64,000 bases of DNA, from the NCBI GenBank assembly GCA_009649685.1, contig WJPK01000003.1, forward strand, positions 498,506-562,505. The letters are read 5' to 3'. The translations under genes were made by a program, and so were the position numbers. The notes beneath the pieces were generated by a model. That model saw nothing but the letters and a program-made list of their open reading frames with translations. It was not told the origin of the DNA and did no database searches. Source of the stretch: Flavobacteriaceae bacterium EG-1. GTDB taxonomy: Bacteria > Bacteroidota > Bacteroidia > Flavobacteriales > Flavobacteriaceae. This document shows positions 8,817 through 18,251 of the stretch, one piece after another. The stretch's first letter is position 1. Every line of letters begins with the position of its first letter.

Positions 8817-9379
8817 TTATGCTCTAATAATTTATCAATCTCTTTTATTGCAGTATTTAAACGATATTTTTTATCTCCCTTTAAAGTAATGAAATTTCGA
8901 TTATACTTTTCTAATGTTTCTTTAAAAAAATTAAACATATACTCTCTTTCATTGGGTTTATCCCTTAAATCATCGCCAACCCAAGGTACATCAATATACG
9001 TTAACAAGTACAAATCATATTCATTTTCTAATGCATGCTTTTCTAAGATTGGATCACATTCTCCAATATAATATGCTTCAGAATATACTTTTGTTTCTAA
9101 CAAATCTGTATCGCAAATAAGAACATCGGTTGCTTTTTTTGCAAGTTCATTCTCCATTTTCATTTGACCTTCTGCGATGGGTAACAAATCATGAGGTTCA
9201 CAAGTTTTCCTTTCATTATTCCATTTATCTTGCAAATACTCTCGGGCATATTCGGGTACCCACACAGTATTATAATGTCGCGCTAACTGTTCAGATAAAG
9301 TTGTTTTTCCGGTAGATTCAGGCCCGAATAAAACTATTTTTATTACATCTGTAGTTTCTTGTCTAAACTTTTTTTCCAT
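8813..9379 (-). CDS. nadR: Ribosylnicotinamide kinase-like P-loop protein, the NadR C-terminal kinase domain only, with no HTH and no NMNAT domain
   Basis: The P-loop is FGPESTGKTTL. WVPEYAREYL, DTDLLETKVY and WVGDDLRD align with the NadR RNK domain. The protein is 188 aa. Confidence 0.75.
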   Translation of the reverse strand: MEKKFRQETTDVIKIVLFGPESTGKTTLSEQLARHYNTVWVPEYAREYLQDKWNNERKTCEPHDLLPIAEGQMKMENELAKKATDVLICDTDLLETKVYSEAYYIGECDPILEKHALENEYDLYLLTYIDVPWVGDDLRDKPNEREYMFNFFKETLEKYNRNFITLKGDKKYRLNTAIKEIDKLLEHK

Positions 9380-9978
9380 GCGAAATAACCGAATACGGCC
9401 AATATTGTAAAAATTAGGTATTGAAAGCTAGTAAATGTAAATCCTTTATAAAAATATAATGGAACGGATATAACATCACCGATAATCCAATATATCCAAT
9501 TTTCTACTTTTCTTTTCGCCATTAGCCACATCCCCACAAAAAAGATAGCAGTTGTTATGGTATCTACATAGGCCGTCCAACTCGTCCATTTGCCAAATAT
9601 TTGATACACAATAAACACAAATATTATGGTACTTATAAAAATGTAAGCAGATATCTTATGTTCCTTTTTTGTAACCAATGTAATTGGTGTAAAATGTTCA
9701 GCATCTATTTTTCTAGTCCAGATATACCATCCATACAAACTCATTATAAAATAATATATATTAATAAGCATATCACCAATTAATCCCCATTTAAAAAGCA
9801 AGTAAACGAAAATAGAAGTGCTTAATAAACCAGTGGGATATACCCAAATATTATTTTGTTTAGAAAACCAAACAGAAAGGAGACCGAAAAATACAGCAAC
9901 AATCTCAAGAATTATATCTAAAGTATCATAGGTACTATACTGTCCAAAAAGATAATCAAAAATGAGGTTCATATTCAC
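9343..9978 (-). CDS. pnuC: PnuC-family nicotinamide riboside transporter
   Basis: The 211-aa protein is Trp-rich with about 7 TM helices. WIYWIIGDVISVPLYFYKG is the PnuC signature. It is translationally coupled, by overlap, to the genes on both sides. Confidence 0.85.
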   Translation of the reverse strand: MNMNLIFDYLFGQYSTYDTLDIILEIVAVFFGLLSVWFSKQNNIWVYPTGLLSTSIFVYLLFKWGLIGDMLINIYYFIMSLYGWYIWTRKIDAEHFTPITLVTKKEHKISAYIFISTIIFVFIVYQIFGKWTSWTAYVDTITTAIFFVGMWLMAKRKVENWIYWIIGDVISVPLYFYKGFTFTSFQYLIFTILAVFGYFAWKKSLDKKLQM

Positions 9979-10216
9979 TACGATCAGATTTTACTATTTT
10001 CATATAGAGAAGTCCTTTATCCATTAACTCGAATGAGGTTTTAATTTCTTTATTTAACACATTCATGACTTCACCATAACTTCCAAACACCTGAGTACTT
10101 AATGGATTTTCCAATATTGTAAGTCCAGACTCCCGTAGTTTTTTTATAAAATTTATAATATGAATTTCATAATCGTCTTGTAAAGGTGAAAAAGTAAGTT
10201 CTACTGATATATTCAT
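9956..10216 (-). CDS. MTH1187/YkoF-family (DUF77) small ligand-binding protein, generically annotated as thiamine-binding
   Basis: The 86-aa protein has the pattern M.ISVE.T.SPL...I..I..L..SGL.......ST...G...EVM.V, typical of MTH1187/YkoF. Confidence 0.65.
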   Translation of the reverse strand: MNISVELTFSPLQDDYEIHIINFIKKLRESGLTILENPLSTQVFGSYGEVMNVLNKEIKTSFELMDKGLLYMKIVKSDRSEYEPHF

Positions 10217-10287
10217 TTTTGATTGTTATTTTACTTTTAGAAATTATTATTAATTACAACTCATACATAGTAGTCAATTTTATTTAT

Positions 10288-10935
10288 TTATGATTCTAAT
10301 AAAGTATGATTGATGGCATATACCAAGGTAAATCCTTCAAATTCCAAAAACGAAATATCATAATTAGAAGAATTACCCAAATATATAATCTCCCCGGTTG
10401 TCTGACTATCATCCATTGCAAAATCTTTCACATTAATATGTCTTAAAAAACTAAGTCCTGGTTGAGCATAAATCTTATACAAAGACTCTTTAGCTCCCCA
10501 TACTATAGTTAGTTTTCGAATTAGCGCATCAGAATTTGCTATGGTTTTATATTCAGCAATTGGAGTAAATTTATGAGCAATACGTAATATTTTATCACGT
10601 TGCAATTCAATATCTATTCCTACTTCATTGGTTTCACTAATTATAATACCAGTAAAATTATTAGAATGTGTAATAGATATTTTTTTACCATCTTTTAAAT
10701 GAGGTTTACCGTAATCATTATAGAAAAGGTCTTTATCTTCATATCCTTCAATAGCTAATAAATGACGTATACTTAGAAACCCTCTGCGATGCATTTCAGA
10801 TTTCATACCTGCCATTCTATTTTTACAATTTGGTGTCAGGTTTACTGTTTTAGCTAAATCTGTTTCAGACTCTTCTACTTTCCAAACATGAAGTATTGAT
10901 GTAGAATTAATCGTTATAGTTTTGTAAAGAGGCAT
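10288..10935 (-). CDS. 4'-phosphopantetheinyl transferase (Sfp/EntD-type)
   Basis: The W..KES.YK motif (WGAKESLYK), GIDIE and FNDYGKPHL are typical PPTase blocks. Confidence 0.75.
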   Translation of the reverse strand: MPLYKTITINSTSILHVWKVEESETDLAKTVNLTPNCKNRMAGMKSEMHRRGFLSIRHLLAIEGYEDKDLFYNDYGKPHLKDGKKISITHSNNFTGIIISETNEVGIDIELQRDKILRIAHKFTPIAEYKTIANSDALIRKLTIVWGAKESLYKIYAQPGLSFLRHINVKDFAMDDSQTTGEIIYLGNSSNYDISFLEFEGFTLVYAINHTLLES

Positions 10936-11018
10936 AGTAATTTATATGTAATTCGTACCTTCGCAGCTGTAAATAGGCATAAAAAAGCCTTCGAACGAAA
11001 GTAAAAAGAAAAAAGAAT

Positions 11019-12335
11019 ATGAGCACCGAAACAGTTAGTTATGTGCCTTTTAAGGTGAAAGATATTTCCTTAGCAGACTGGGGAAGAAAAGAAATTGATT
11101 TAGCTGAAGCTGAAATGCCCGGATTAATGTCACTTCGTGAAGAGTATAAGGAAGAACAACCTCTAAAAGGAGCACGAATAGCTGGATGCTTACATATGAC
11201 CATTCAGACTGCCGTTTTAATCGAAACTTTAGTTGCTTTAGGTGCAGATGTTACCTGGAGTTCTTGCAATATATTCTCTACTCAAGACCATGCGGCCGCT
11301 GCAATTGCTGCTGCTGGAATTCCTGTTTATGCTTGGAAAGGAATGAATGAAGAAGAATTTAATTGGTGTATAGAACAAACTTTATTTTTCGGTGAAGAAC
11401 GTGAGCCTTTAAATATGATTTTGGATGATGGTGGGGATCTTACTAATATGGTTTTAGATGATTATCCAGAATTAGCAAAAGATATAAAAGGGCTTTCTGA
11501 AGAAACAACAACTGGTGTTCACCGTTTATACGAGCGAGTTAAGAATGGTACACTTCCGATGCCAGCGATAAACGTAAATGATTCGGTTACAAAATCTAAA
11601 TTTGATAATAAATATGGTTGTCGCGAAAGTGCTGTAGATGCAATTCGAAGAGCTACAGATACTATGCTTGCTGGTAAACGTGTGGTTGTTTGTGGTTATG
11701 GTGATGTTGGTAAAGGCACAGCAGCTTCTTTTGCTGGTGCAGGTGCTATAGTAACTGTTACCGAAATTGATCCAATTTGTGCCTTACAAGCTTGTATGGA
11801 AGGATTTGAAGTTAAAAAATTAGAGACAGTTATTGGTAATGCTGATATTGTTATAACTACCACTGGGAATAAAGATATTATTCGTGCTGAGCATTTTAAG
11901 GCTTTAAAAGACAAAGCCATTGTGTGCAATATTGGTCACTTCGACAATGAAATTGATATGGCCTGGTTAAATGGAAATTACGGAAATACTAAGGATACAA
12001 TAAAACCACAAGTAGATAAATATTCTATTGATGGTAAAGATATTATTATTTTAGCTGAAGGTCGTTTGGTTAATTTAGGTTGCGCTACAGGTCACCCTAG
12101 TTTTGTTATGAGTAACTCATTTACAAACCAAACGCTAGCACAAATAGAATTATGGAAGAATAGCGACGCCTATAAAAACGAGGTTTATATGCTTCCTAAA
12201 CATTTAGATGAAAAGGTTGCTGCATTACACTTATCTCGATTAGGTGCCGAATTGACAGAACTTAAGCCTGATCAAGCATCTTACATCGGTGTTACAGTTG
12301 AAGGACCTTACAAACCCGATTACTATAGATATTAA
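11019..12335 (+). CDS. ahcY: Adenosylhomocysteinase
   Basis: The sequence is strongly conserved along its length ([14 protein letters not shown]-binding GYGDVGKG, C-terminal PDYYRY). Confidence 0.95.
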   Translation: MSTETVSYVPFKVKDISLADWGRKEIDLAEAEMPGLMSLREEYKEEQPLKGARIAGCLHMTIQTAVLIETLVALGADVTWSSCNIFSTQDHAAAAIAAAGIPVYAWKGMNEEEFNWCIEQTLFFGEEREPLNMILDDGGDLTNMVLDDYPELAKDIKGLSEETTTGVHRLYERVKNGTLPMPAINVNDSVTKSKFDNKYGCRESAVDAIRRATDTMLAGKRVVVCGYGDVGKGTAASFAGAGAIVTVTEIDPICALQACMEGFEVKKLETVIGNADIVITTTGNKDIIRAEHFKALKDKAIVCNIGHFDNEIDMAWLNGNYGNTKDTIKPQVDKYSIDGKDIIILAEGRLVNLGCATGHPSFVMSNSFTNQTLAQIELWKNSDAYKNEVYMLPKHLDEKVAALHLSRLGAELTELKPDQASYIGVTVEGPYKPDYYRY

Positions 12336-12357
12336 ATAAACATTAAGTTGATATAAA

Positions 12358-12391
12358 GAACCCTTGTTTAAAAGCAAGGGTTTTTATTTTT
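12358..12391 (+). terminator. Rho-independent terminator after ahcY
   Basis: The stem AACCCTTG/CAAGGGTT is followed by TTTTTATTTTT. Confidence 0.8.
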
Positions 12392-12411
12392 ACACTAATA
12401 AATAACATAAC

Positions 12412-12933
12412 ATGAAAATATTTGTTGACATGGACGAAGTGATTGCCGATACATATGGTGCTCACATAGACATTTACAACCAAGAATTTAATGGCAATCT
12501 TACAACAGAAACTTGTATGGGTAACGAAGTTTGGAAAATGGTTCCAACAGCACATCAAGATAGTGTTAGAAAACATGCAACAAGAAGGGGTTTTTTTAGA
12601 AATTTACGACCAATAGAAAATAGTATAGAAGTGCTTTCAAAGTTAAATGATGTTCATGAACTTTATATAGCTTCCGCAGCAATGCAGTTTCCAAATTCAT
12701 TAGAAGAAAAAAGCGATTGGTTAAACGAACATTTTCCATTTATACCTTGGCAGCATATTATTTTATGTGGACATAAGCATATTTTAAGAGGCGATGTACT
12801 TATAGATGACCGAAGCTATAATCTTGAACACTTTAATGGTCGAGGCCTTCAGTTTACATCTCCACATAATATTAGAACCACAGGTTTTGAACGTGTAAAC
12901 AATTGGTTAGAAGTGGCCGAAAAGCTATTATAA
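12412..12933 (+). CDS. 5'(3')-deoxyribonucleotidase (HAD superfamily, NT5C-like)
   Basis: The N-terminal HAD motif is FVDMDEV. The size and remaining motifs fit the bacterial dNT family. Confidence 0.7.
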   Translation: MKIFVDMDEVIADTYGAHIDIYNQEFNGNLTTETCMGNEVWKMVPTAHQDSVRKHATRRGFFRNLRPIENSIEVLSKLNDVHELYIASAAMQFPNSLEEKSDWLNEHFPFIPWQHIILCGHKHILRGDVLIDDRSYNLEHFNGRGLQFTSPHNIRTTGFERVNNWLEVAEKLL

Positions 12934-12946
12934 ATTGAATGGTTTC

Positions 12947-13165
12947 TTATAAGGTTGCTTTTATCAATTCTTTTATTTTAACAGCCTTCTCAAAGTGATC
13001 TAGCTTATTCTCTAGAATCCACCATCTAGCTACCTCCATCAATAATTCAGGGTTATCATTCTTATTTGAAAAAAAAGCATAAAAAGACAGACCTACATTT
13101 GTTCCTTTTTTAGCAATTTTAGCATCGCAAATTTGAATGATCTTATTTCGAATCTCTGTATTCAT
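12947..13165 (-). CDS. Hypothetical small protein (72 aa)
   Basis: It has an ORF with an ATG start, compact spacing to its neighbours, and no recognisable motif. Confidence 0.35.
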   Translation of the reverse strand: MNTEIRNKIIQICDAKIAKKGTNVGLSFYAFFSNKNDNPELLMEVARWWILENKLDHFEKAVKIKELIKATL

Positions 13166-13213
13166 TTACAATTAGGTATAAATAATCAATAAAACTATAT
13201 AATTGTAATTGTT

Positions 13214-14305
13214 TCAACCAATTAATAATCTTTTATAAAGCGAATAACATTCGTCCGCATTTTTTTGAATATTGATTTCATTATCAATACGTTTTTTTGC
13301 ATTGACACCCATAATTTTTCTTAAAGATTCATCATTAACCAATTTAGAAATTGCCTTCCCTATTTCTTTTGAATTTTTTAGCGGTACAACAATTCCTGAG
13401 TTTTCATCAATTAATTCTACACAACCACCAGCATCAGTCATAACTATAGGCTTCTCCAAACTCATAGCCTCACAAATTGCTCTACCTAACCCCTCACTTA
13501 AAGAAGTTTGTGTATAAATATCAGCTCCTTTAATTAATGAAACAGCATCTTTTCTTAAACCTAATAAATGAATTTTTTCCGCGTTAGGAATTCTCATTTT
13601 GAGCTTTTTAAAATCTTCACTATCAGTTTTATTTCCAATAACTATATAATGAACATCTTTTTCAGTATTTAAATAATTAAAAGAATTTATAAAGTATTTA
13701 ATGCCCTTAACACTCCTATGATTACCCACTAAACAAATTTTTACAGCATTCTTAGGTATCTGCATTTGACTATAATCGAAGGCCACAACATCTTCAAACC
13801 ATGAGGAATCATACCCCTTATATATCATTGTTGCTTTCTGTTTATTATTGCCAATAAGTTGCTTTTTCACATGGTTATACACAAAATTACTATTACAAAC
13901 AATAGCGTCTAATTTAGGGCTTAAATAAGTAAAATAAGAAGAAGCATCATACCAGTGCAGACTTATTGAACCAAAATAACTCACATATTTAACCGAGTTC
14001 TTCTTACCATAATACAAAATACTTCTTGAAGCTTTTCCGCTAAAAAATTGAACAATATCTATACTATTATCGTTTATTATTCTTTCAACAGTTTTACCAT
14101 AACTTTTATCAAACTTCTTTTTAGGAAAGGCCTTTACTGTCTTTATTGAATTTACATCAAATACCTTTTGAATTTCTTCACTAAAATTTCCGACAACAAT
14201 AGCATCGACTTTTAAACTTAATAGTAAAATAAGTTCAATTTGAGCCTTATAAATGTTTTCGCTTCCTGCAAAAGAACCGATAAATAACAAATTCATATTT
14301 AACAA
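13214..14305 (-). CDS. Glycosyltransferase family 4
   Basis: The EX7E-type motif region reads SLSEGLGRAICEAMSLEKPIVMTDAGG. Confidence 0.8.
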   Translation of the reverse strand: MLNMNLLFIGSFAGSENIYKAQIELILLLSLKVDAIVVGNFSEEIQKVFDVNSIKTVKAFPKKKFDKSYGKTVERIINDNSIDIVQFFSGKASRSILYYGKKNSVKYVSYFGSISLHWYDASSYFTYLSPKLDAIVCNSNFVYNHVKKQLIGNNKQKATMIYKGYDSSWFEDVVAFDYSQMQIPKNAVKICLVGNHRSVKGIKYFINSFNYLNTEKDVHYIVIGNKTDSEDFKKLKMRIPNAEKIHLLGLRKDAVSLIKGADIYTQTSLSEGLGRAICEAMSLEKPIVMTDAGGCVELIDENSGIVVPLKNSKEIGKAISKLVNDESLRKIMGVNAKKRIDNEINIQKNADECYSLYKRLLIG

Positions 14306-15339
14306 TTAAGGTTACTACTTAAAAACAATTCATCTAACTTTTTAGCACAGTTCTGCCAAGAATTTTCAAGCACAGTTGCTCTAACATTAACGTTTTTTTT
14401 ATCAGCTAGGCGAATAAGTTCTAGCACTTTACTATAATGCTCATTGTCATCAATTAAAAATCCATTTATATTGTGTTTTATTATATCTGGTGCGAAACCG
14501 GTTTTAGTTGCAACAGGAAAACAATTTGCCAACATAGCTTCTAGTAATGGCACTGGGCCTCCTTCATTTTTAGAAGCACTAATGAAAACATCTATTTTAT
14601 CGTACAAATTAGGGTAGGTCTCATAAGGCTCATTTTTAAGATAAGTAAAGTTTTTGAACGAATTTAACTCGTCAAACTTTTCATATTCTTCCCAATTTTT
14701 ACCGATTATATAAAAATTTCTTTCAGGCATATTTTTGATTATAGCATAAATTAAGTCCGGGTTTTTACGTTCACTAAATGCACTACAAAAACCAACAGCA
14801 CCCATTTCTTTTCTTTGATGCGGGTAAAAGAAATTTGGGTCAGAAGCAATATGCAAAACCACTGTCTTTTCTTTTTTTAATCCATTCGATATAAGTTCTC
14901 TCTGAACAGCAGAATTCAAACAAATTACGTAATCTGCCCTATTCAAACACCAAATTACATGCTTTTTTGAAAAAGAAAAGGTCCAATTAGTATGTGTAAA
15001 CATTACAATATTTTTCTTTGTTAATATTTTAGGGTTATGTCTAATAGCCCTATAAAAATATTGGTGAAAAACAAAAAAATATCCATCAGCATCCGGCAAA
15101 TCTCTTAATTTATTATGGTAGTAAGTAGTAGCATTTAGTGAAGAAAATTTAGCTAACCGTCTTACTTTTGCTCCAAATATCCAGTCTTTATCTACTTCTC
15201 TTGCTACATAAATAATATTTTGAACTAATTTTTTCTTATCTGTTTTAACAAATTTAGAATTTAATATTGCTAATAAATACTTCCATTTGTACAGTAAATT
15301 AAAAATAAAGACTTCTTTCATTTTACTTAAAAAGTACAT
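14299..15339 (-). CDS. Glycosyltransferase (GT4/GT1-like)
   Basis: NEGGPVPLLEAMLANCFPVATKTGFAPDII is the retaining glycosyltransferase nucleotide-sugar binding block. It overlaps the downstream glycosyltransferase by 7 nt. Confidence 0.75.
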   Translation of the reverse strand: MYFLSKMKEVFIFNLLYKWKYLLAILNSKFVKTDKKKLVQNIIYVAREVDKDWIFGAKVRRLAKFSSLNATTYYHNKLRDLPDADGYFFVFHQYFYRAIRHNPKILTKKNIVMFTHTNWTFSFSKKHVIWCLNRADYVICLNSAVQRELISNGLKKEKTVVLHIASDPNFFYPHQRKEMGAVGFCSAFSERKNPDLIYAIIKNMPERNFYIIGKNWEEYEKFDELNSFKNFTYLKNEPYETYPNLYDKIDVFISASKNEGGPVPLLEAMLANCFPVATKTGFAPDIIKHNINGFLIDDNEHYSKVLELIRLADKKNVNVRATVLENSWQNCAKKLDELFLSSNLNC

Positions 15340-15492
15340 TGTAACTAGTTTATAATAATAACATTTTACAGCTATTAATTCACAGTATATAGTTAATTAA
15401 ACAATATATATTAACAAAAAATGGTAATTTAAGGCTATCACACGAATCTAATTTAAAAAACATATAATCACCTTTGTCATCAAAACTAGAAT

Positions 15493-15527
15493 AAAAAAAA
15501 ACCCTCAACAACTTAATGAAGAGGGTT
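15493..15527 (-). terminator. Rho-independent terminator after rpmA
   Basis: The minus strand reads AAACCCTC, a 14-nt loop, GAGGGTTT, then a 9-U run. Confidence 0.8.
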
Positions 15528-15546
15528 TAAATAGGTTTATATTTCT

Positions 15547-15807
15547 TTAAGCTTCAAATGGCTCAATTGAAACATATGATTTTCCACCAGCTTTCTTTTG
15601 AAACTGTACAATACCATCAACCTTAGCATGTAATGTATGATCTTTGCTTGCATACACATTTTCACCTGGGTTATGTTTTGTACCTCTCTGGCGAACGATT
15701 ATGTTACCGGCAATTGCAGCCTGACCACCAAAAATCTTAACTCCTAATCGTTTCGATTCTGATTCTCTACCGTTTTTCGAACTACCTACACCTTTTTTGT
15801 GTGCCAT
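15547..15807 (-). CDS. rpmA: 50S ribosomal protein L27
   Basis: [28 protein letters not shown] is the canonical L27 N-terminus. Confidence 0.95.
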   Translation of the reverse strand: MAHKKGVGSSKNGRESESKRLGVKIFGGQAAIAGNIIVRQRGTKHNPGENVYASKDHTLHAKVDGIVQFQKKAGGKSYVSIEPFEA

Positions 15808-15865
15808 GATATATAATTTTAGATCAGCACTTTGCTTTTAATTAAAGTTCTGATATGATTTATAA

Positions 15866-16543
15866 TTAAGCTTTACCGCCGTCTAATTCGTCTTGCCATT
15901 TTTTAAGCTCGTCCCATTTACCATCAGCAGCTAATTTAGCTTGTGCCGGCCATGTATCGGTAACATGATTACCACGAACTTCAGCAATGATTTCTGAAAT
16001 TTTTTCTGGCGTAGATTTTGCTAAATCAGCAAAAGTTGCAATACCTGCTTCTACTAAAGTAGATGCTATTTTAGGACCAATACCTTCGATTTTTTTCAAA
16101 TCGTCTGATTTAGTCACCTCTTTTTTCGGAGCCGCTTCTTTTTTTGGAGCTGCTGGTGCTTTTGCTGCTGGTTTAGAAGCCGCCGCTTTTGGCGCTGCTT
16201 CTTTTTTAGCAGGTGCAGCTTTTTTAGCTCCTTTAGCAACAATGCCCTCAATAACAATCTCTGTTAAAGACTGGCGATGTCCATTTTTCTTTTTATAACC
16301 TTTACGTCTTTTCTTATGAAAAACGATTACTTTATCACCTTTAAGGTGCTGAACGACTTTAGCCTCTACAGCTGCGCCGTCTATAGCCGGGGCGCCAATA
16401 GTTACATTCTTACCATCATCTAAAAGAAGAACATTATTAAAAGTTACCTTTTTACCTTCTTCTGTTTGTAAACGGTGAACATATACTTTTTGGTCTTTCG
16501 CAACTTTAAATTGCTGCCCTGCCATCTCTACAATTGCATACAT
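15866..16543 (-). CDS. rplU: 50S ribosomal protein L21 with a C-terminal extension of about 120 aa (Lys/Ala-rich tract plus a helix-hairpin-helix module)
   Basis: The first ~105 aa, MYAIVEMAGQQFKVAKDQ..., are canonical bL21. An AAPKK-type repeat follows. The C-terminus reads IEGIGPKIASTLVEAGIATFADLA, an HhH motif. Confidence 0.9.
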   Translation of the reverse strand: MYAIVEMAGQQFKVAKDQKVYVHRLQTEEGKKVTFNNVLLLDDGKNVTIGAPAIDGAAVEAKVVQHLKGDKVIVFHKKRRKGYKKKNGHRQSLTEIVIEGIVAKGAKKAAPAKKEAAPKAAASKPAAKAPAAPKKEAAPKKEVTKSDDLKKIEGIGPKIASTLVEAGIATFADLAKSTPEKISEIIAEVRGNHVTDTWPAQAKLAADGKWDELKKWQDELDGGKA

Positions 16544-16593
16544 AGCGTATATATTAGTTTATTAAAATAACTTACCTTTTCAATAAGCGGATG

Positions 16594-16623
16594 CAAATAT
16601 ACTGCTAAATCGCTAATGTACAA
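16594..16623 (-). promoter_or_regulatory. Bacteroidetes sigma-A-type promoter of rplU-rpmA (TTG, 19-nt spacer, TATATTTG)
   Basis: The spacing is exact for the -33 TTG and -7 TAnnTTTG consensus. The predicted start gives a leader of about 44 nt. Confidence 0.5.
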
Positions 16624-16894
16624 GTGAAAGCACGAGATTTTAGCTGTTTTTTTTACCAATACAATTTTAATAAGAATTTACAATCCATTAATCTCTATCA
16701 TGTTGTTTTTGATAATGTAATAAAAAATTCTATTCTAAAGTTTTAATATTCAGCAAATCAACACATTACTGCACACGATAAAATCTTGTTAAAGCGAATC
16801 ACCAATCCATGAAATTTATTCAAAAAAATTATATTCGTGTAACAATTCTTTCAAAACAAGTACTAATTATCACAAGTAACTAAACACACACTAT

Positions 16895-18217
16895 ATGAAA
16901 GTAAGAATTCGTTTTGCTGCATTTCTATGCTTTGCAACAACAGCCTTAATGGCTCAAAAAGTCGACTATGAAGAATACGACCTAGCAAACGGTATGCATG
17001 TAATTTTGCATCAAGATAATAGTGCACCGGTAGTAACAACTTCGGTTATGTATCACATTGGAGCAAAAGACGAAGATCCTAGCAAAACAGGTTTCGCACA
17101 CTTCTTTGAACACCTGTTATTTGAAGGCACAAAAAACATAGAACGGGGCGAATGGTTTAAAATAGTATCTGCTAATGGCGGTAAAAATAACGCCAACACC
17201 ACACAAGATCGCACTTATTATTATGAAGTTTTTCCATCGAACAACTTAGAATTAGGTCTTTGGTTAGAATCGGAACGGTTAATGCACCCGGTAATCAATC
17301 AAGTTGGAGTAGACACTCAAAAAGAAGTGGTACAAGAAGAGCGTCGTATGCGTTACGACAATTCGCCTTATGGTCGATGGCGAGAGCAAATAGGCATCCA
17401 TTTATTTAAAAAACACCCCTACAAGTGGCAAACAATTGGATCGCTAGAACATTTAGCAACCGCAAGTTTAGAAGATTTTCAAGATTTCAATAAAACCTAC
17501 TATATACCTAACAATGCGGTATTGGTAGTTGCTGGTGATATCAATCCTGCAACTACTAAAAAAATGATTCAGGATTATTTCGGTCCAATTCCTAGAGGAG
17601 CAGAAATAAAAAGAAAGCACATTGAAGAAGACCCGATCACACAGACGATAAAAGCTGAATTTAAAGATTCGAACATTCAAATTCCCGCAATTTTCGCAGG
17701 CTACAGAACTCCAAAAAACACCGATAGAGATGCTTACATATTGGATATGATATCTACTTATTTAAGTGATGGAAAAAGCTCTAAACTCTACAAAAAATTG
17801 GTTGATGTAGAGAAAAAGGCACTACAGGTTTTTGCTTTTAATATTTCGCAAGAAGATTATGGCACCTATATAATTGGAGCTTTACCCATTGGCGAGCACA
17901 CACTACCCGAACTTTTAACATCAATAGACGAAGAGATACTTAAAATTCAGAACGAATTAATTTCTGAGAAAGATTATCAAAAAATTCAGAACAAGTTCGA
18001 AAACCAATTTGTAAGCTCTAACAGCAGTATTTCTGGCATAGCAAATTCTTTGGCACGCAATTACATGCTGTACGACGATACTTCTTTGATTAACAATGAA
18101 ATTGAAATTTATCGGTCAATTACGCGCGAAGACATACAAGCGGCCGCCAAAAAATACCTAAATAAAAGCCAGCGTGTTGAATTAGAATATTTACCAGACG
18201 ACCAAACAGGCAAATAA
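16895..18217 (+). CDS. M16-family zinc peptidase (pitrilysin/insulinase-like), the active subunit
   Basis: It has a signal peptide. The inverted zincin motif is HFFEHLLFEGT (HxxEH), with a downstream Glu. Confidence 0.9.
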   Translation: MKVRIRFAAFLCFATTALMAQKVDYEEYDLANGMHVILHQDNSAPVVTTSVMYHIGAKDEDPSKTGFAHFFEHLLFEGTKNIERGEWFKIVSANGGKNNANTTQDRTYYYEVFPSNNLELGLWLESERLMHPVINQVGVDTQKEVVQEERRMRYDNSPYGRWREQIGIHLFKKHPYKWQTIGSLEHLATASLEDFQDFNKTYYIPNNAVLVVAGDINPATTKKMIQDYFGPIPRGAEIKRKHIEEDPITQTIKAEFKDSNIQIPAIFAGYRTPKNTDRDAYILDMISTYLSDGKSSKLYKKLVDVEKKALQVFAFNISQEDYGTYIIGALPIGEHTLPELLTSIDEEILKIQNELISEKDYQKIQNKFENQFVSSNSSISGIANSLARNYMLYDDTSLINNEIEIYRSITREDIQAAAKKYLNKSQRVELEYLPDDQTGK

Positions 18218-18251
18218 TCAAAGTAGTAGTAATCTCACGAAAACACACAAA

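Noticed and set aside
10936-11018. SAH or SAM riboswitch upstream of ahcY
   Set aside because: An 83-nt AT-rich spacer has no conserved riboswitch core.
12947-13165. Toxin-antitoxin or defence-system candidates among the small genes
   Set aside because: No paired small ORFs with a recognisable toxin or antitoxin fold were found. There are no nuclease, methyltransferase or restriction motifs anywhere in the window.
16544-16894. Possible tRNA or other small RNA in the long intergenic regions (16544-16894, 21159-21392, 5743-6055, 58208-58441)
   Set aside because: No GTTCGAATC-type T-loop or cloverleaf candidates were seen. The regions look like AT-rich promoter DNA.
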